From Kudoa neothunni (taxonomy: Eukaryota; Animalia; Cnidaria), in NCBI GenBank assembly GCA_964304625.1, contig OZ199839.1, positions 8,464,560-8,528,559 of the forward strand: a stretch of 64,000 bases of DNA, in the 5' to 3' direction. Positions 39,649-52,894 of this stretch are shown here, piece after piece. Under the pieces are notes generated by a model. That model was not told the DNA's origin. It saw nothing but the letters and a program-made list of their open reading frames with translations, and made no database searches. The position numbers and the translations under genes are program-made. The first letter of the stretch is position 1, and each line of letters opens with the position of its first letter.

Positions 39649-42600
39649 ATGGAATCTATTCTCATCATCACTGTTATATCTATGTTTAAGAATAATGTGT
39701 TTTGCGAGCCGATGAGGAACATACTCTACGGAGATAAAAAATCTTTCATCCTGGAAATTAATAAGGAGTATGCAACTGAAAAATATGGAACATCAATGTT
39801 TGGTTTGAATATAGCTTTAAAGACTGATGGAAAGTACATAAACAACTCTTTTTCCACTTTTGATAAGGTTTTCTATACTATTAGGTTGGTGATATCGGCT
39901 CCATTAGCATTCACGGAACGATCCAATTCTGAACCTACAGGAAGAGTGTTTGTATGTTCTTTCCCGAACGAACTAGGGATAGTGGAGAATTGCGAAGAAA
40001 ACATAAATATTCTAGAGGGTTAATGAAAATAATTCTCATCAAAAACAAAAACACTAAGTTACATATAGGTAAATACCAGAAATACCCAAATGGATCACTT
40101 TTGATTGGTTTTACTTTGAAAGCTATAGTTCCTGATATATTTCATGTATTAATTAAGTATAAATTTTTCAATAATGAATTATTTTTACTTAAAGATATGT
40201 GCAGCAAATAGCTTTATACATTTTGATGATGATTTCAATGTGAGATCTTGTTATGTGTACAATTCAAAATTAAATATTTTATCGGACGGCGTGTTATATC
40301 GTAAAAAACATTTTTTGTATCAATAAAATTGATTCGAAAGCAGATTTGCCATAGGAACTTTTGGCAACATTGGTAGTACAGCTTTCTCATATGGTACCGA
40401 TGGTTGTATCTTGTTAGGAACTCAGAATATTATCGAATTGTATTTTTATCGTTGGAATATTATCTGAGTTATGCTAGTGGCCAAAAAATTGTTGACGTAT
40501 GTTATACAGAACTTTCAAATGGAACTGTTGTGCCAATTTCCCGTAGAATTATCGACATTTATAAATACTGTACTGTTGTATTTGGTTTGAAAAAGCTAAA
40601 AGTCGCTTTATCATAAAGGTTGGCAAGATATATCATACTACAGACAAAATAATCTCAGTAATAAAAATTAATATAATTTTTATAAAGAAATATCATTAAA
40701 TTAATTTTAGCGGTATATCAAGTGGCCACCCCATACTATTACAATAAACAAAACAGTGTATATATTTACTTCGATAATCCCCATTATTTACAAACATTCC
40801 CAAAAATGTATTTAAATTTAAGATTCATCTTATATATTACGATTCGGCACTAATAAACTTAACTCAATATGAAATATTAAACAAAAGCAATGGATCAGTA
40901 ATTTTAATTTTTTTAATCGTTTATAAGGTTTTTACAGAGAAATTCCCACACTGCCGAACATATGATAACTGTCAAAAGAAATAACATGTATTTTGGGGAA
41001 TAATGGGTTTGAATAAAAATCATCGTCGGAATTATTTTTACAGAGTGGATTTTTTCGTATATTCAGCTCCATATGTTTCCTACTCGAAAGGTCTTGTGGT
41101 GAGTATAAATGATCTTACTAATGAAACCTCACCACGAACTGTTCTGTATGGAGAAAAACGAGGAGATTTTTTCGGATATTCCATTTGTTTGGTATCAAAT
41201 ATTGATGGACGATTTAGCGAAGGTATGCTTTATTTCATAGCAACGACATTAATTTTTAGATCAAGATTTGGCGGTATTGGCCCCATATGGAGGTGAACAG
41301 GAGAGAGGAATTATTTACATTGTGGCTCTATTAAAAAATCAAATCGATACGAAGTATTATTCGGTGAGTACGCATATCCAAATGTTATGAATTATTTTAA
41401 TATGTAATTTAAAATTTGGCTAATATCTTTTTAAAAAGAAAACAAATGTGAACGAATATTTTGAATCTCTAAATGAAGAAAATGTAGTTTTTAAAATATT
41501 TGGTGATTTCGATATCAACAAGGATGGAATAAATGGTGATCCCTTAATTTGACGTATAATGGACAAATTATTTTATCTGTGTAGATATATTGTTATCTAT
41601 TTCATCTAAAGTAGGTAAAATCAGAGGCCTAATGTAACTTATGAGTAATTGGTGAAATCATTATTTTTCTTAGAGTAAAATTGCCACTTAAAGTATCGAT
41701 TGAAGAGAGGGTTGAGAGACTTGTGTTTGAATACCCTGGCTCCAGATGTGGTGTGATGTTTCCGAGGTTTTATTGGTATTTATGATTTATATATATATAT
41801 ATATATATTAATGATTCCTTTTGAAACGACTGTTTACAATATAGTAACGCCTATAAACTAATGGTCTTTATGTCCGCAAATATGAATGAGTTCAATCAAT
41901 CCAAGTTAAAACCTAAAAGTACCTTTCATTGCTATATTTATCATAAATAATTAATTATAGCTTGTGAAATATCGATCACGATTATACCTCCTAATGCATA
42001 TAACGACTTTTACAAAGTTTTTGAGGGGAATAAACTAACCTCAAACTATAGTACTATATTGTCGTTTGACAAGGCGGGAAACAACTCGGTTATGTACACA
42101 GCGTTGAATATTTCTGTTCACCAAAATATCCAAACTCTATTTCAAGAATATGACGTTAAAATAAGATTTAGAATTGACAACTGCAACCAAGATCTTTATC
42201 AAATAGAAAAATATATTTCTCACATTGATCCCTACGTGAAAGAGGTTTCTTTAGGAAAAGTTTATTGTGATAATCCAACAAAAGATTGTGGTGCAAATAT
42301 TCAGGTTTCCAACGATACATTTTCATTGTTTGAGTTAGTATTAGTTCTTTGTTTTATATAAGTTAATATTTTTATATTTTTTTAGCGGTTACGATAAACT
42401 GCTTATTGGGTGGCCGAATATAGTTGCTTTGGAGGTGGCACTAGAGAACCTGGGAAACTCAACCTATGGTGTTGGTTGGAGTTTTATAATTCCTAATAAA
42501 TACACTTTTTTGAGTTGTTTTTCAAAGGACTTTGATGTAATTATCACATCTATCGTTGAATTAATGTTATTAAAATAATCATAGAATGAAATTACTTCGT

Positions 42601-43761
42601 TGGTTCACACCGAAGACAAAACCCTATTAAATATTTTTAGCAAAGGATACTTTTATGATAAAGTAGCATGTTAGCTAATTAGTCTGAGGATACAAATTAG
42701 CATATAGATGGAATTAACATGTTTCTTAAGGAGTGGAATAGGGGACATTAATATAAAAAATGATACCATCACTTATACTGTGTTAGTTTTGGTACGAGCA
42801 TTTCAAATATATTCACTTTATATAAAGATTCGACTCGAAGACCTTTGACAAAAATTCTCTAATAATAAAAAACCGACATATACACCTTCAATGGATGTGT
42901 CTCTTTAGATATAAAATAAATATGTACAGAAAATTATGGAATAAATGGATTGATTTTTGTGTAGAGAGGTATCGGAGAATAAAATATTGGTGGTCGGCCC
43001 TCAAGTAGCCAACAAAATGATTCAATATAATATAGAAGTAATTATTTATAAATTATAAATAGCATCAACTAATAAGTTAAAATATAAAGTTCACTAGTTT
43101 TGGACCAACCAACGTTTCAAATGCTCACATTATCTTTAACAAGATAGATCATGGACATTTTAAAGAGTTCACAAATGTATCCATGGTGCATGTAAGTTAT
43201 AATATAAAAATATGACTATAAATAATATGATTTAGTGCAAAAATCCTATCTACTATAAGAACGGATCAGAATTAGCGGATTGTCAAGATAATGATTGCAA
43301 AAATGAAGCAGAAACAATTGCTTGTCCTATGGCTTTGAATAAATTCGATACTAAAACTATCTCTATAGTTTTTCATCTAAACAATGAATCTATAAAATAT
43401 TTTGTAAGTGATATTTAGATTAAAAATTAATATAATAACGATTTTAGATGTCAAATAATCCCAATATTGATATTGAATCTAAATTCATGTTGAAGTCTCC
43501 AAGTTGTGAGGCTGTAGGTGATCCAGTCCGAGTAAATAATAGAATCCCTCCCTCTTAAATATTCGTTATAATAGGTGACCATAGTATTCGAGGGAAAACC
43601 AAAAACTAGTGTTAAATTTTGGTTGAAATTAATCATTATAATTGCAGCCATAGTATTTGTTTTACTGGTTCTTCTTGGCCTTTGTCTGGTACAACATCTT
43701 TATTTATTCACTGTTTATTCAATTGCTGTTTTAGGGTGGTGTCTTTAAGAAGAAAGAATAA
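39649..43761 (+). CDS. Divergent integrin alpha subunit, copy 1
   Basis: Signal peptide. FG-GAP blades SMFGLNIAL..LVISAP..GRVFVC, GEKRGDFFGYS..DLAVLAPYGGEQERGIIYI and DINKDGIND. Leg-domain Cys motif C..PTKDCGANI. TM then GGVFKKKE*. Confidence 0.88.
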
Positions 43762-44133
43762 GGATATATTCAATCTTGGACTATTCTACTAATTAAATTT
43801 TTGTTATAAACGATTTTAAATAAGTAAGTTCAATTAGAACTATAAACTCAACAATATATTGAGTAGTATATTCAATTAAATCGCCTTTTTTGTCAAAATT
43901 CCAAATTCATTAAATTAATTAGCATTATTTCAAACCCTCTATGTGTAATTACGTATCTGAAGTATATTCGTGCTCGTTCATTTTATTTTGTTTACAACGA
44001 ATTTTTCGTACGTATTTATAAAACTTTTGAGAGAAAAATCAGACGACATTATTATTAATTCTGCAATTTAATTATTTTTTGCGCAAACGTGTAAACAAAA
44101 ACGCACATTTCAAGCTTCAGCGGCTTGATTTAA

Positions 44134-46330
44134 CCCTCTAACAATTATGGAGTATATTTATACCCGAAACAATTTTAAACTTCAATAATTACCTCATAGA
44201 ATAACAAAATTACTTTAACGGAACTTTCTAATCCAAAAATATTTTTTTATCTACTATAATTTAAATTTTATTTTTACATTAGGAAAAAAATTATCTTTAT
44301 TATACCTTCCAACGAAAATTAGGGCATAAATATACACTAAATTTTTTTTGATAAAATATATATAATTTTAAAATATATCTTTTTGAATGATTGAGAAAAT
44401 TTTATCGAACAAACTTTGAGTAAATCAACAATCATTACTTTTTATTCACTTCCGCGCTTTCCCGGAACTTTTTACTTTCTAATGAGTTTGAGTGATTATA
44501 GTGGGAGCTGCCCTGATACTGATTCCTCAGACAACGATTTTTTTCTTACAGATGATGTTTCATCGGATGGTTACGATGTTGATTCAAATATCCAGATAAA
44601 TTCACATTTAGATGAAAATGAAACTTAATAGGAGACTAAACCTCCGTTACCCACTAGAACAGCAGCCGAAATCACGATGTATAATCGATCCGGCGTTTCT
44701 ACTTGGATATCTCAAAATGTAGATAATGCAAAAGATTCATATCGAGTATTATTTAACGAAAAAATGCATGAAATTATTTTCAAATACACCAATCAATGCG
44801 GAGAACACATTTTTGACAATGCTTGGACACAATTAATCCAAATAGAATTTGATGGCTCTTGTTTATAAGTGCTCATAGGGCTAATCAAGAACCTATTTCG
44901 GAATTAATTTTCCTAGATGAAGGGAGAAAGATTTACCTAGACTTATTTACTTTGAAATGATTTAGGCAAGTAATGCCATCTCTTCATTTTAACGACATGG
45001 AAACCGATAAATTTTGCCATACCTGCGAATTATGGAATATTTGATATAACTTGCTCATTCGAAGGTTTCGTCCTTTAGAAGATCTCTGCATCGACGAGCA
45101 ACTTGTTGCAAATTCAAACAGTGTATGCCGTCGAAGCTTGCCAAGTACGGAATAAAATTTTTTTGTTGGTCAATCATGAATCAACCTATGTATCTAACAT
45201 AAGTGTGTATTTGGAAAACAAAATAATGAAACTGTTAGAGCAGTTAACATTGTTAAAAATATCGTTTTATAGCTATTAGAACCGTTTTATAATTCTAGGA
45301 GGAATTTATTTTGTGACAATTTTTCTACCTCAGTTGAGCTGGCCGATGATATACTCGAGAGAAGAATTACAGTGGTTGGGACGACGCGCTCAAATAAAAG
45401 GGAAATCCCTCCCTACTTGCGACATAAAAAAGTTTCCCAATTAATTCTCCCCTATTTATTTTTCATTGAAAAAAATGATATTAGGATACCTGTCGCGCAA
45501 AAATAAACCAGTCTATATGTTTTGTTCTTCGACGGCCAACGTTCACACAGCGACAGAATCACCACATAAACCTGACGTTATGGTTTATTATAACGCTATA
45601 AAAGGTGGGGTTGATACGATTGCTAGATTGTTAGTATCAGTGAGTGTGAAAAGAATCACTCGTCGTTTTATTAATATGTTGAATATTTCTTTTATCAACA
45701 CTTTCTATATTTACAAAAACGTATTTAATTCGCCATATCTTGTGAGGAGGGATCTCCCAAATATGATGGCTTAACAGTTAGCTGGTCCATTAATTGCAAG
45801 GAAAAATCACAAAGTGATACCAGTTAATCCGTTAAATTCATCCATCAACAATAATTATTGTAGAGGTCAATTTTGTACAGGAAAAAAAGACAGAAAAACA
45901 ACAGTAAGATGTGGCATCTGTTCTTCTCCTTTTTTTAATCTCCACTCAAAATGAACTTGGATCATTAGCACTAACATTATATTTTCTTGTTGTTTAGGAG
46001 TATTTTACATGTTTATATATATATATATAAGTGTGTGTGTGTGTGTAGGCGATAGGATTATTTATCTGTAATTTAAGCATAGTTTAACGAAAAAAATGAG
46101 GTAAATTTAATAAATATTCAAAATATGAGTCGAGATAGACCTCTTAATCTTTTTCGCGAATGTGCAAGTAAAAATTATTAGCGGTTTGTGGCTAATTACA
46201 CAAACTTTATTCGATATAATTTCCTAAATTAATAATTTTTTTTATTAGTAATAATTTTATAAAATAAATATGGCGTGTATTGGAACCTCAAAATAACTTA
46301 ATGTGTGTAAAATTTTTAGTTTTTAGAGGG
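44134..46330 (+). mobile_element. piggyBac transposon, decayed
   Basis: TTAA TSDs (44130, 46331) and TIRs CCCTCTAA / TTAGAGGG. Fragments IDEQL, MPSKLAKYGIK, CDNFSTS, KPDVMVYYNAIKGGVD, with many stops and frameshifts. Confidence 0.92.
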
Positions 46331-47164
46331 TTAATGTAGGTAATTTTTATTATTTAAGATAAAATTTTAAAAGTGGAACTATTATGATAATTAAATTTAA
46401 TTTTATAATTAGAAATAATTTTTTCAATAATATAACAATATTAATCAAATATCTAAAATTATTCGCTTTATTTTTTTGTGTTTGAAATATAAGTAATTAG
46501 AATAGTATTCTTTCACATAAATTAAAAATAATTTTATTTCTACTATTTCGTACTATATTTTTAAATTTAATGAATAAGTTATAGTACAATAAATTATATA
46601 GATTCTTAAAATAATTATAATATATTTATAATAATAAATAAAAAAGTGGTATTCATAATATTAATCATTTTGGTTGCATTATCAATCACTTTTTTCCGTA
46701 AAATAATTATCATTTTTGTACGAATATTCGCTCGATTGTATTAAGTTCACTACATCTGGTACAGTTTCCATCATTAATATATTACATAAAATTTCATACT
46801 AGCGCCAAATTAGTAAGGAATCTTTGTAGTGTCGCGCATACGTGACAAATGATGTTTTACTTTGAAAAATTTTTAAATATCTAATTACACGCTTATTTTT
46901 TAAAATAAATGTATTTTATTAACTTTTTTAAAAATTTAAATTTTGTTTCCTAATGGATTTCATTTTACTATTCCATTTAATATTTTCTTATTTTACCTCA
47001 AGGTTGATCTAATTATAAAAATTTACTAAAAAGTTAAACAATATCCTACCGTATATTTTGCATCGAATTATTTAATAATGATGAAATAAAGAAAATCTGA
47101 ATTCTGTGGCTCGCAGACTTTTGCAAATAATACAACACAATTTAACCATGGAAGGACCGACTTA

Positions 47165-48121
47165 AAAACTTACGCTAACAACCAACTGAGGTCATTTTTT
47201 AACATTTAAAATCTTTTACTCCGTCTGGTTGTTATAGTTAATATGTGTATTTAATAAAAATTAAGTGATTTGATTTCTACCGCTACTGAGTTGTTATTAT
47301 TAAATGCCTACATCGTTCCAGAAACCATTACCCACGATACTTGTATATTAATGTATATCATGTCTTAAATAGATAGATACCACTATTTTAGAACATTTTC
47401 AAGGAGTGAACAATAATAATAGAGTAGCTGATTGAGTTATAATGTGAGCCTTGAGAATCAGGCCCCAGCATCTGATGGTTGTAATCTCCGGTGGGGCCTC
47501 CTAATACGTGTATACAACTGTAGATTATGAGTTGGTCTTTGTTTATTAAATGGTGGCGACCTTTCCAACTAACTTTAATTACTTGGATGTCGATACTATA
47601 AAACATATTTTTAATATAAAATAAATATATTTTAAAGCTGATGACAGATTATGTTGTCGCTCCTTTGTGATGTAAAGTAGAAATTCGATGTATACCTTCC
47701 TTCATTACATCGCTTGTTGAAGACTCTTCTAAAGGATAATCATAATCTCTGGATAACCCCTATAACCGAATGGAATCCGTCGGTACAAAACCAACAAATG
47801 CATTCATTACGCTTCTAGTAATGCTCTAACGTTTTTCAATCAAAATCAATGTCATCAGCAATCTTAATAATATTTATTATTTTAATATCAATTCGTAATA
47901 ACAACATTTAAATGAAAAAGCGGGTGAATCGCCTATTAAAAGTAAAATATTTAAATCAGTAAATACTCTTTTTCTTTATAACTTTATAATTTTCAATTAC
48001 AGACTATAATTAAATTAAGAATTTCAGAAACTTTTATCCCTCTCATTCAGTTTGATATGCGAATAAGTCAAACCATTGAAATTGGGGTCACAAATGACCC
48101 CTGTTGGTCCCACGAAGGTCA
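47165..48121. mobile_element. Short piggyBac-like remnant
   Basis: Inverted ends ACCAACTGAGGTCATTT and AAATGACCCCTGTTGGT, with subterminal palindrome GGGGTCACAAATGACCCC. TSD decayed. Confidence 0.45.
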
Positions 48122-48612
48122 ATATAAAATGCATCGTTTCCATTTTACTGGGATAGTTAAATCTTTCCATTGTTAATTATCAAATTAATTTAGTTTAAAG
48201 CAGCCAATAATTATCCCGACCAGAAGGGATTTCAATTTGAATTTTGGGTTTGTCGTGCGCGATTTTTAAATGTAGGATAACATCGGAAAAATAATATTTG
48301 TCAGCTATAAAATTCTAAATAATTATAAGAGCTCAAATTATTAAAATATAATATATTAGTTTATGAAAATAAGAATTAGGATCTTGAAAGCTATTTATTA
48401 TTGGATGAATATCAAGTATACTTTTTCTTAAATTCAGATACAAAATTGTAATAAATATGATGTGAATACGTGCAACAATTTATATCGCGTATAATGGTTG
48501 GAAACTCATTTCCTATAAGAATTCATTGTTTAGGACCCCCTCCCTAATCCCGTATCCCAGTAGAATGGATTTAATCGCCTAATTTTAACAAAATTAACAA
48601 CAGATTACTAAA

Positions 48613-51600
48613 ATGGAAATTAATTACTTTTTCTGTTACTTAATGTGTTTTCTTGCTTTGGTTACTTCCACAAAAAGTGATGCATTACATGACATATTGT
48701 TTGGTGACAATGAGTCGTTTATATTGAGTCTCGATGAGAACTACGCAACAGACAAATTCGGGTCTACTCTTTTTGGATTTTCGATCGCTAAAAATTCCAA
48801 TAAACAGTATCCTAGAGTTGACGTAATTTATTTAAAATCACTTAATAGCCTTATTATTTCGGCTCCGTTGGCAACCAATGGACCTGCGAGTAGTCACCCA
48901 ATTGGTAGGGTGTTTTTGTGTGAATTTCCCCATGAATTTGGCGCCAAAAGTAGTTGCAATATTATTAAACCTATAGAAGGTATGTATTATGCATTTTCTT
49001 AACCCAATAAAATTAATTCAATTATATAATAATAAATAATTTTCAGACAAATATCCAAAATATCAGAGTGGAAATTTTTTACTTGGATATACAATTACAA
49101 AAATACTACCAGACGCATTCCATGTAATTGGATATTATCGCATAAAATTGCTCATTATTTTTAAGATTTGCGCTCCAAATTTTCGTTTCCATAAAGGAAG
49201 TCATTCGGATGTTAAAAATTGCTATATTTTTGATTCCAATAACAACAAAGTATCATTTGGAGTGAATAACAGTATTTAATAGTTACATTCTCAATATATT
49301 AATTATTTAGCAAACTATGACAACTTCGGGGCACTTTCAGCGGTAGACAGCACAGATGGATGTATTCTGATTGGAAATCTACTTCACACTACATAGTATA
49401 TTTCTTGTTGTCACAAGTGCTTAACATAAATGGCAGTGCTGCTTATGTTGTCAAGGGCTGCTTTGCTCCCCCTTCCAAGTCTAATCAAAATTACGAGTTG
49501 ATTAGACGAGAAATGCGTCAGGTGTATAATATATGTATTTATTTCATTATAAGAGATTATGATATAAAAGTTTGAAACTACTTCCGATTAGACTGGAGAG
49601 ATATGGTATACTTTAAGAACGGACCGAATGGTGATGATTTTAGTCCTAATGTTATCAAAAATATTGTGTATAGATGTCTATCATATGGTCTTACCGTTTG
49701 ATGAAGATTTACCTAATGCAGTAAATGAATTCGGTACATGGATATGAGTTACCTGATTGAAAATGAAGGCAATGATAATGGAGATGATTCCAAATAATGA
49801 AAAGATGGACAAATTTCAAATCTTAGATGGAAACCAAACTTCTGTAACTAAATCTAAATGATTTAGCAAGATCTTGTATTTACTTGAATCAAACATAGAG
49901 AAACTCACACACTGGTGAAAAAATATTAATTGTCAAAAGACCCCCAAAGTACTTCCTCTTTAAAAATAAGTCGATACAATTATGGAAAATACAGAACTCA
50001 TCTCTTTGTATACTCGGCTCCATATGATGATAATTCGAAAGGTTTGGTGGTAAGTGTTGAAAATCTCATGGAGGGCACTCCAATAAAGGTTATTGTACGA
50101 GGGGAGAAAAGAGGCGATTTCTTTGGATTTTCAATGTGCTTGATAGGAAACGTGGATGGACTTTACGATAAAGGTTATATTTCTCATCTATAATGGGCCT
50201 TATTATTTGTAGATCTTGCCATTCTCGCCCCCTACGGAGGCTCTCATAACACCGGGGCCATTTACATTATTGCGATTCTAGAGGATGGAATAGACAACAA
50301 ATATTTCTCTGTATTTTATATAATGTCTTTAATAAATAAACTTTATCGAAATAAAATATATTTAAAGTTTATTTTTTAATTATTTTTAGCAATCCCAACT
50401 GGATGGATTCTACTCTGATTTAAACGAAGAAAATTTAGTATTTGAAATTCACAGCGATTTCGACATAAACGAGGACGGAATTGATGGTATATTAAAAAAT
50501 TTATCAAAAACGACTTTTCTAAATTTTATCATCAGATCTTCTGCTAGCTATGACACAAAGGAGGGGAGAAGTTAGAGGAGTCATGTTAGAATCTCATTTG
50601 TGAGAAATCATTCATTTATTCTTAGAGTGAAATTGCCAATGAATATATCTATATCCGATTCATACAATACACTTATTTACAAGAAACCTGGACAAGGTTG
50701 CGCTGAAGAAATTCCTGGTTTTTTCTGGTAATTATTGAACCGTTTAATCCACTCTAATTAATAGAAAAAAAATTTTTATTTATACATGAGTGAATTATCC
50801 CAAAAACACTTTTAATTATAGATTTATTTTTTTAGTTATTCTGTGAATAATCTTAAATTAATACTTTTTAGAAAATATACATTTAATAATTATTAAAGTA
50901 TTTTAAAGATTAAGATATTTTCTAGAAATCATGTTGTACATTTATATCTTTTGATTATTATATCTATAGTAACTCGTACAGTGTAAACTTGTCGTTAATA
51001 TTCACAAACACGCAAATATACAACATAGAAAAATTAAAATCCCCAAGTAATATTTTTACACTTATTTATTTTTTGAATAAATGTATTGAAGAGTTTTACG
51101 CCCATTCCCAATTAAATATGCCATTGGAATATGTCGAATACTTTAAATTGAAAAATAGAAACATTTTAGGCCCAAACAATCTAGCCGAACTCACATTCAC
51201 TCGAGCTAATTCTGGCGATGATCACCTGTCTTCTGTTCTTAATTTTGATGTTTACATCAACCAAATAGTTAACATAATTCAAGTAGAAAATGTATCAATT
51301 GCGTTAGCTATTGAAAACGAAACATCCCCAATGTATAACCTACAATCATATATGGTTTATCTAAATCCATTCCACCATGAACTCTCGTTGAAACAATTTC
51401 GTTGCCAGTTCCCAACCAAAAACTGCGACGCAAATATAATACTCAACTCCTTTGGATATCACATTAGAGGGTTGTTCATAAAGATAAAACAAATATAAGT
51501 TGATTTAGTAGAGCACAATCTTTACATGTTGGAAAAATAAACGTTATTTCGTTGATTATTGTTTTGAAAAACAAGGGTAGGCCGACGTATGGAGCTGGGT

Positions 51601-52894
51601 TTCTTATTAAACACTCCAAACATTTGACTTTATTATCGTGCGCTTCAAGTGGCTTTACAGTAGAAAATTCATTAGTCGAAGTTTCGTTTTATTATCATCA
51701 CTTTGAATTAGACTCAAATATTGAAAAGTGATTTCACACAAGATGAAAACTCGATTCAGTTATTTAATTCTGGGAATTTTTCTAATATTGTAATAGTTGA
51801 GTTGAATTTTTGGGTTTTAATAATCCGTATTTAGATGAATACGACCTGTATTATTCGAAGTGACAAAGGTCTTTTGGCAGCTAATAATGAGCGCATATTA
51901 TTCTCAGTGTATTCTATTACTCGTTTTTATGTTCGTAATATTATTATAGATATGATAATTATAATTTCAACAGAGAAAGCTTGGTTATACAAAATGAAAA
52001 AATATTAATTAACTGGACCTGCCGGGCAAGTTTCAAAATAAATGTGTAATTATGCTTGTTTTTTTTTGATTGCTTAATTTTTTTTTCTCCTCAGAACTAT
52101 CTCGGAGCCAAAAATTAAAGTGGTTGGTGAGCAAACGTCTAATGTTCTAATTCAATACCGTATACTGGTAGCTTTTTTAATGGAGTTAAAACTGTGTTGT
52201 TCACTTGTCATAAGGTGCAAAATTATGGTCCCGGAAATTTGGCGTATTCTTTGATTAGGATAAGTAAAATGAGCTACGAGGACCAAACCAAACACTTCAA
52301 CATATCTCAGATTGATGTATAAACTATATTTATATTATATTATATCGAAAAGATGACTCATTTTAGTGTGAGAATGTAACTTACTATAAAGACAATGTGA
52401 CGATGGATTGTAATGAAACTGACTGTATAAACAAATCGCACTACATGGAATGCTTAATCGAAAATTTGGAGAGATTTCAAGCAGCCGAAATCACTTTAGA
52501 TATGCATTTATTAATAGCATCAGCAATTTCTTTAGTAACTATAATTAAATTATTAGAACATACGAATTAACTGAATCTAGAATAAAACATCCGAATCAAT
52601 TAATATAATAACAGCTTTCCAATTATTTAATGACAACTGCAAAGCTATGGGCGAACCTCAACATGTATATTTATTCTTGTTTGAAAATATTTTTTTATAT
52701 GGACAATAGATGGAACTTTTGGTGGAAGGATCTTTGAAAGAAAAATTAAAGCTATGGTTACTCATTCTTGTTATTATCATAGCTATTCTAGTGGTCCTTG
52801 GAATTATCATGGCTCTTTATTTTGTATATTTATTGACTGTTATTGTTTTAATCATAATTAGGGTGGTGCTTTTAAAAATGCCAAACGTGGATGA
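48613..52894 (+). CDS. Divergent integrin alpha subunit, copy 2
   Basis: TLFGFSIA..LIISAP..GRVFLC, GEKRGDFFGFS..DLAILAPYGG, DINEDGID, CQFPTKNCDANI, TM, tail GGAFKNAKRG*. Exon layout matches copy 1. Confidence 0.88.

Noticed and set aside
40300-40355. Apparent stop or non-canonical splice site in integrin 1 exon 5
   Set aside because: Using the downstream acceptor GCCATAG restores the frame. All introns I traced could be resolved as GT-AG.
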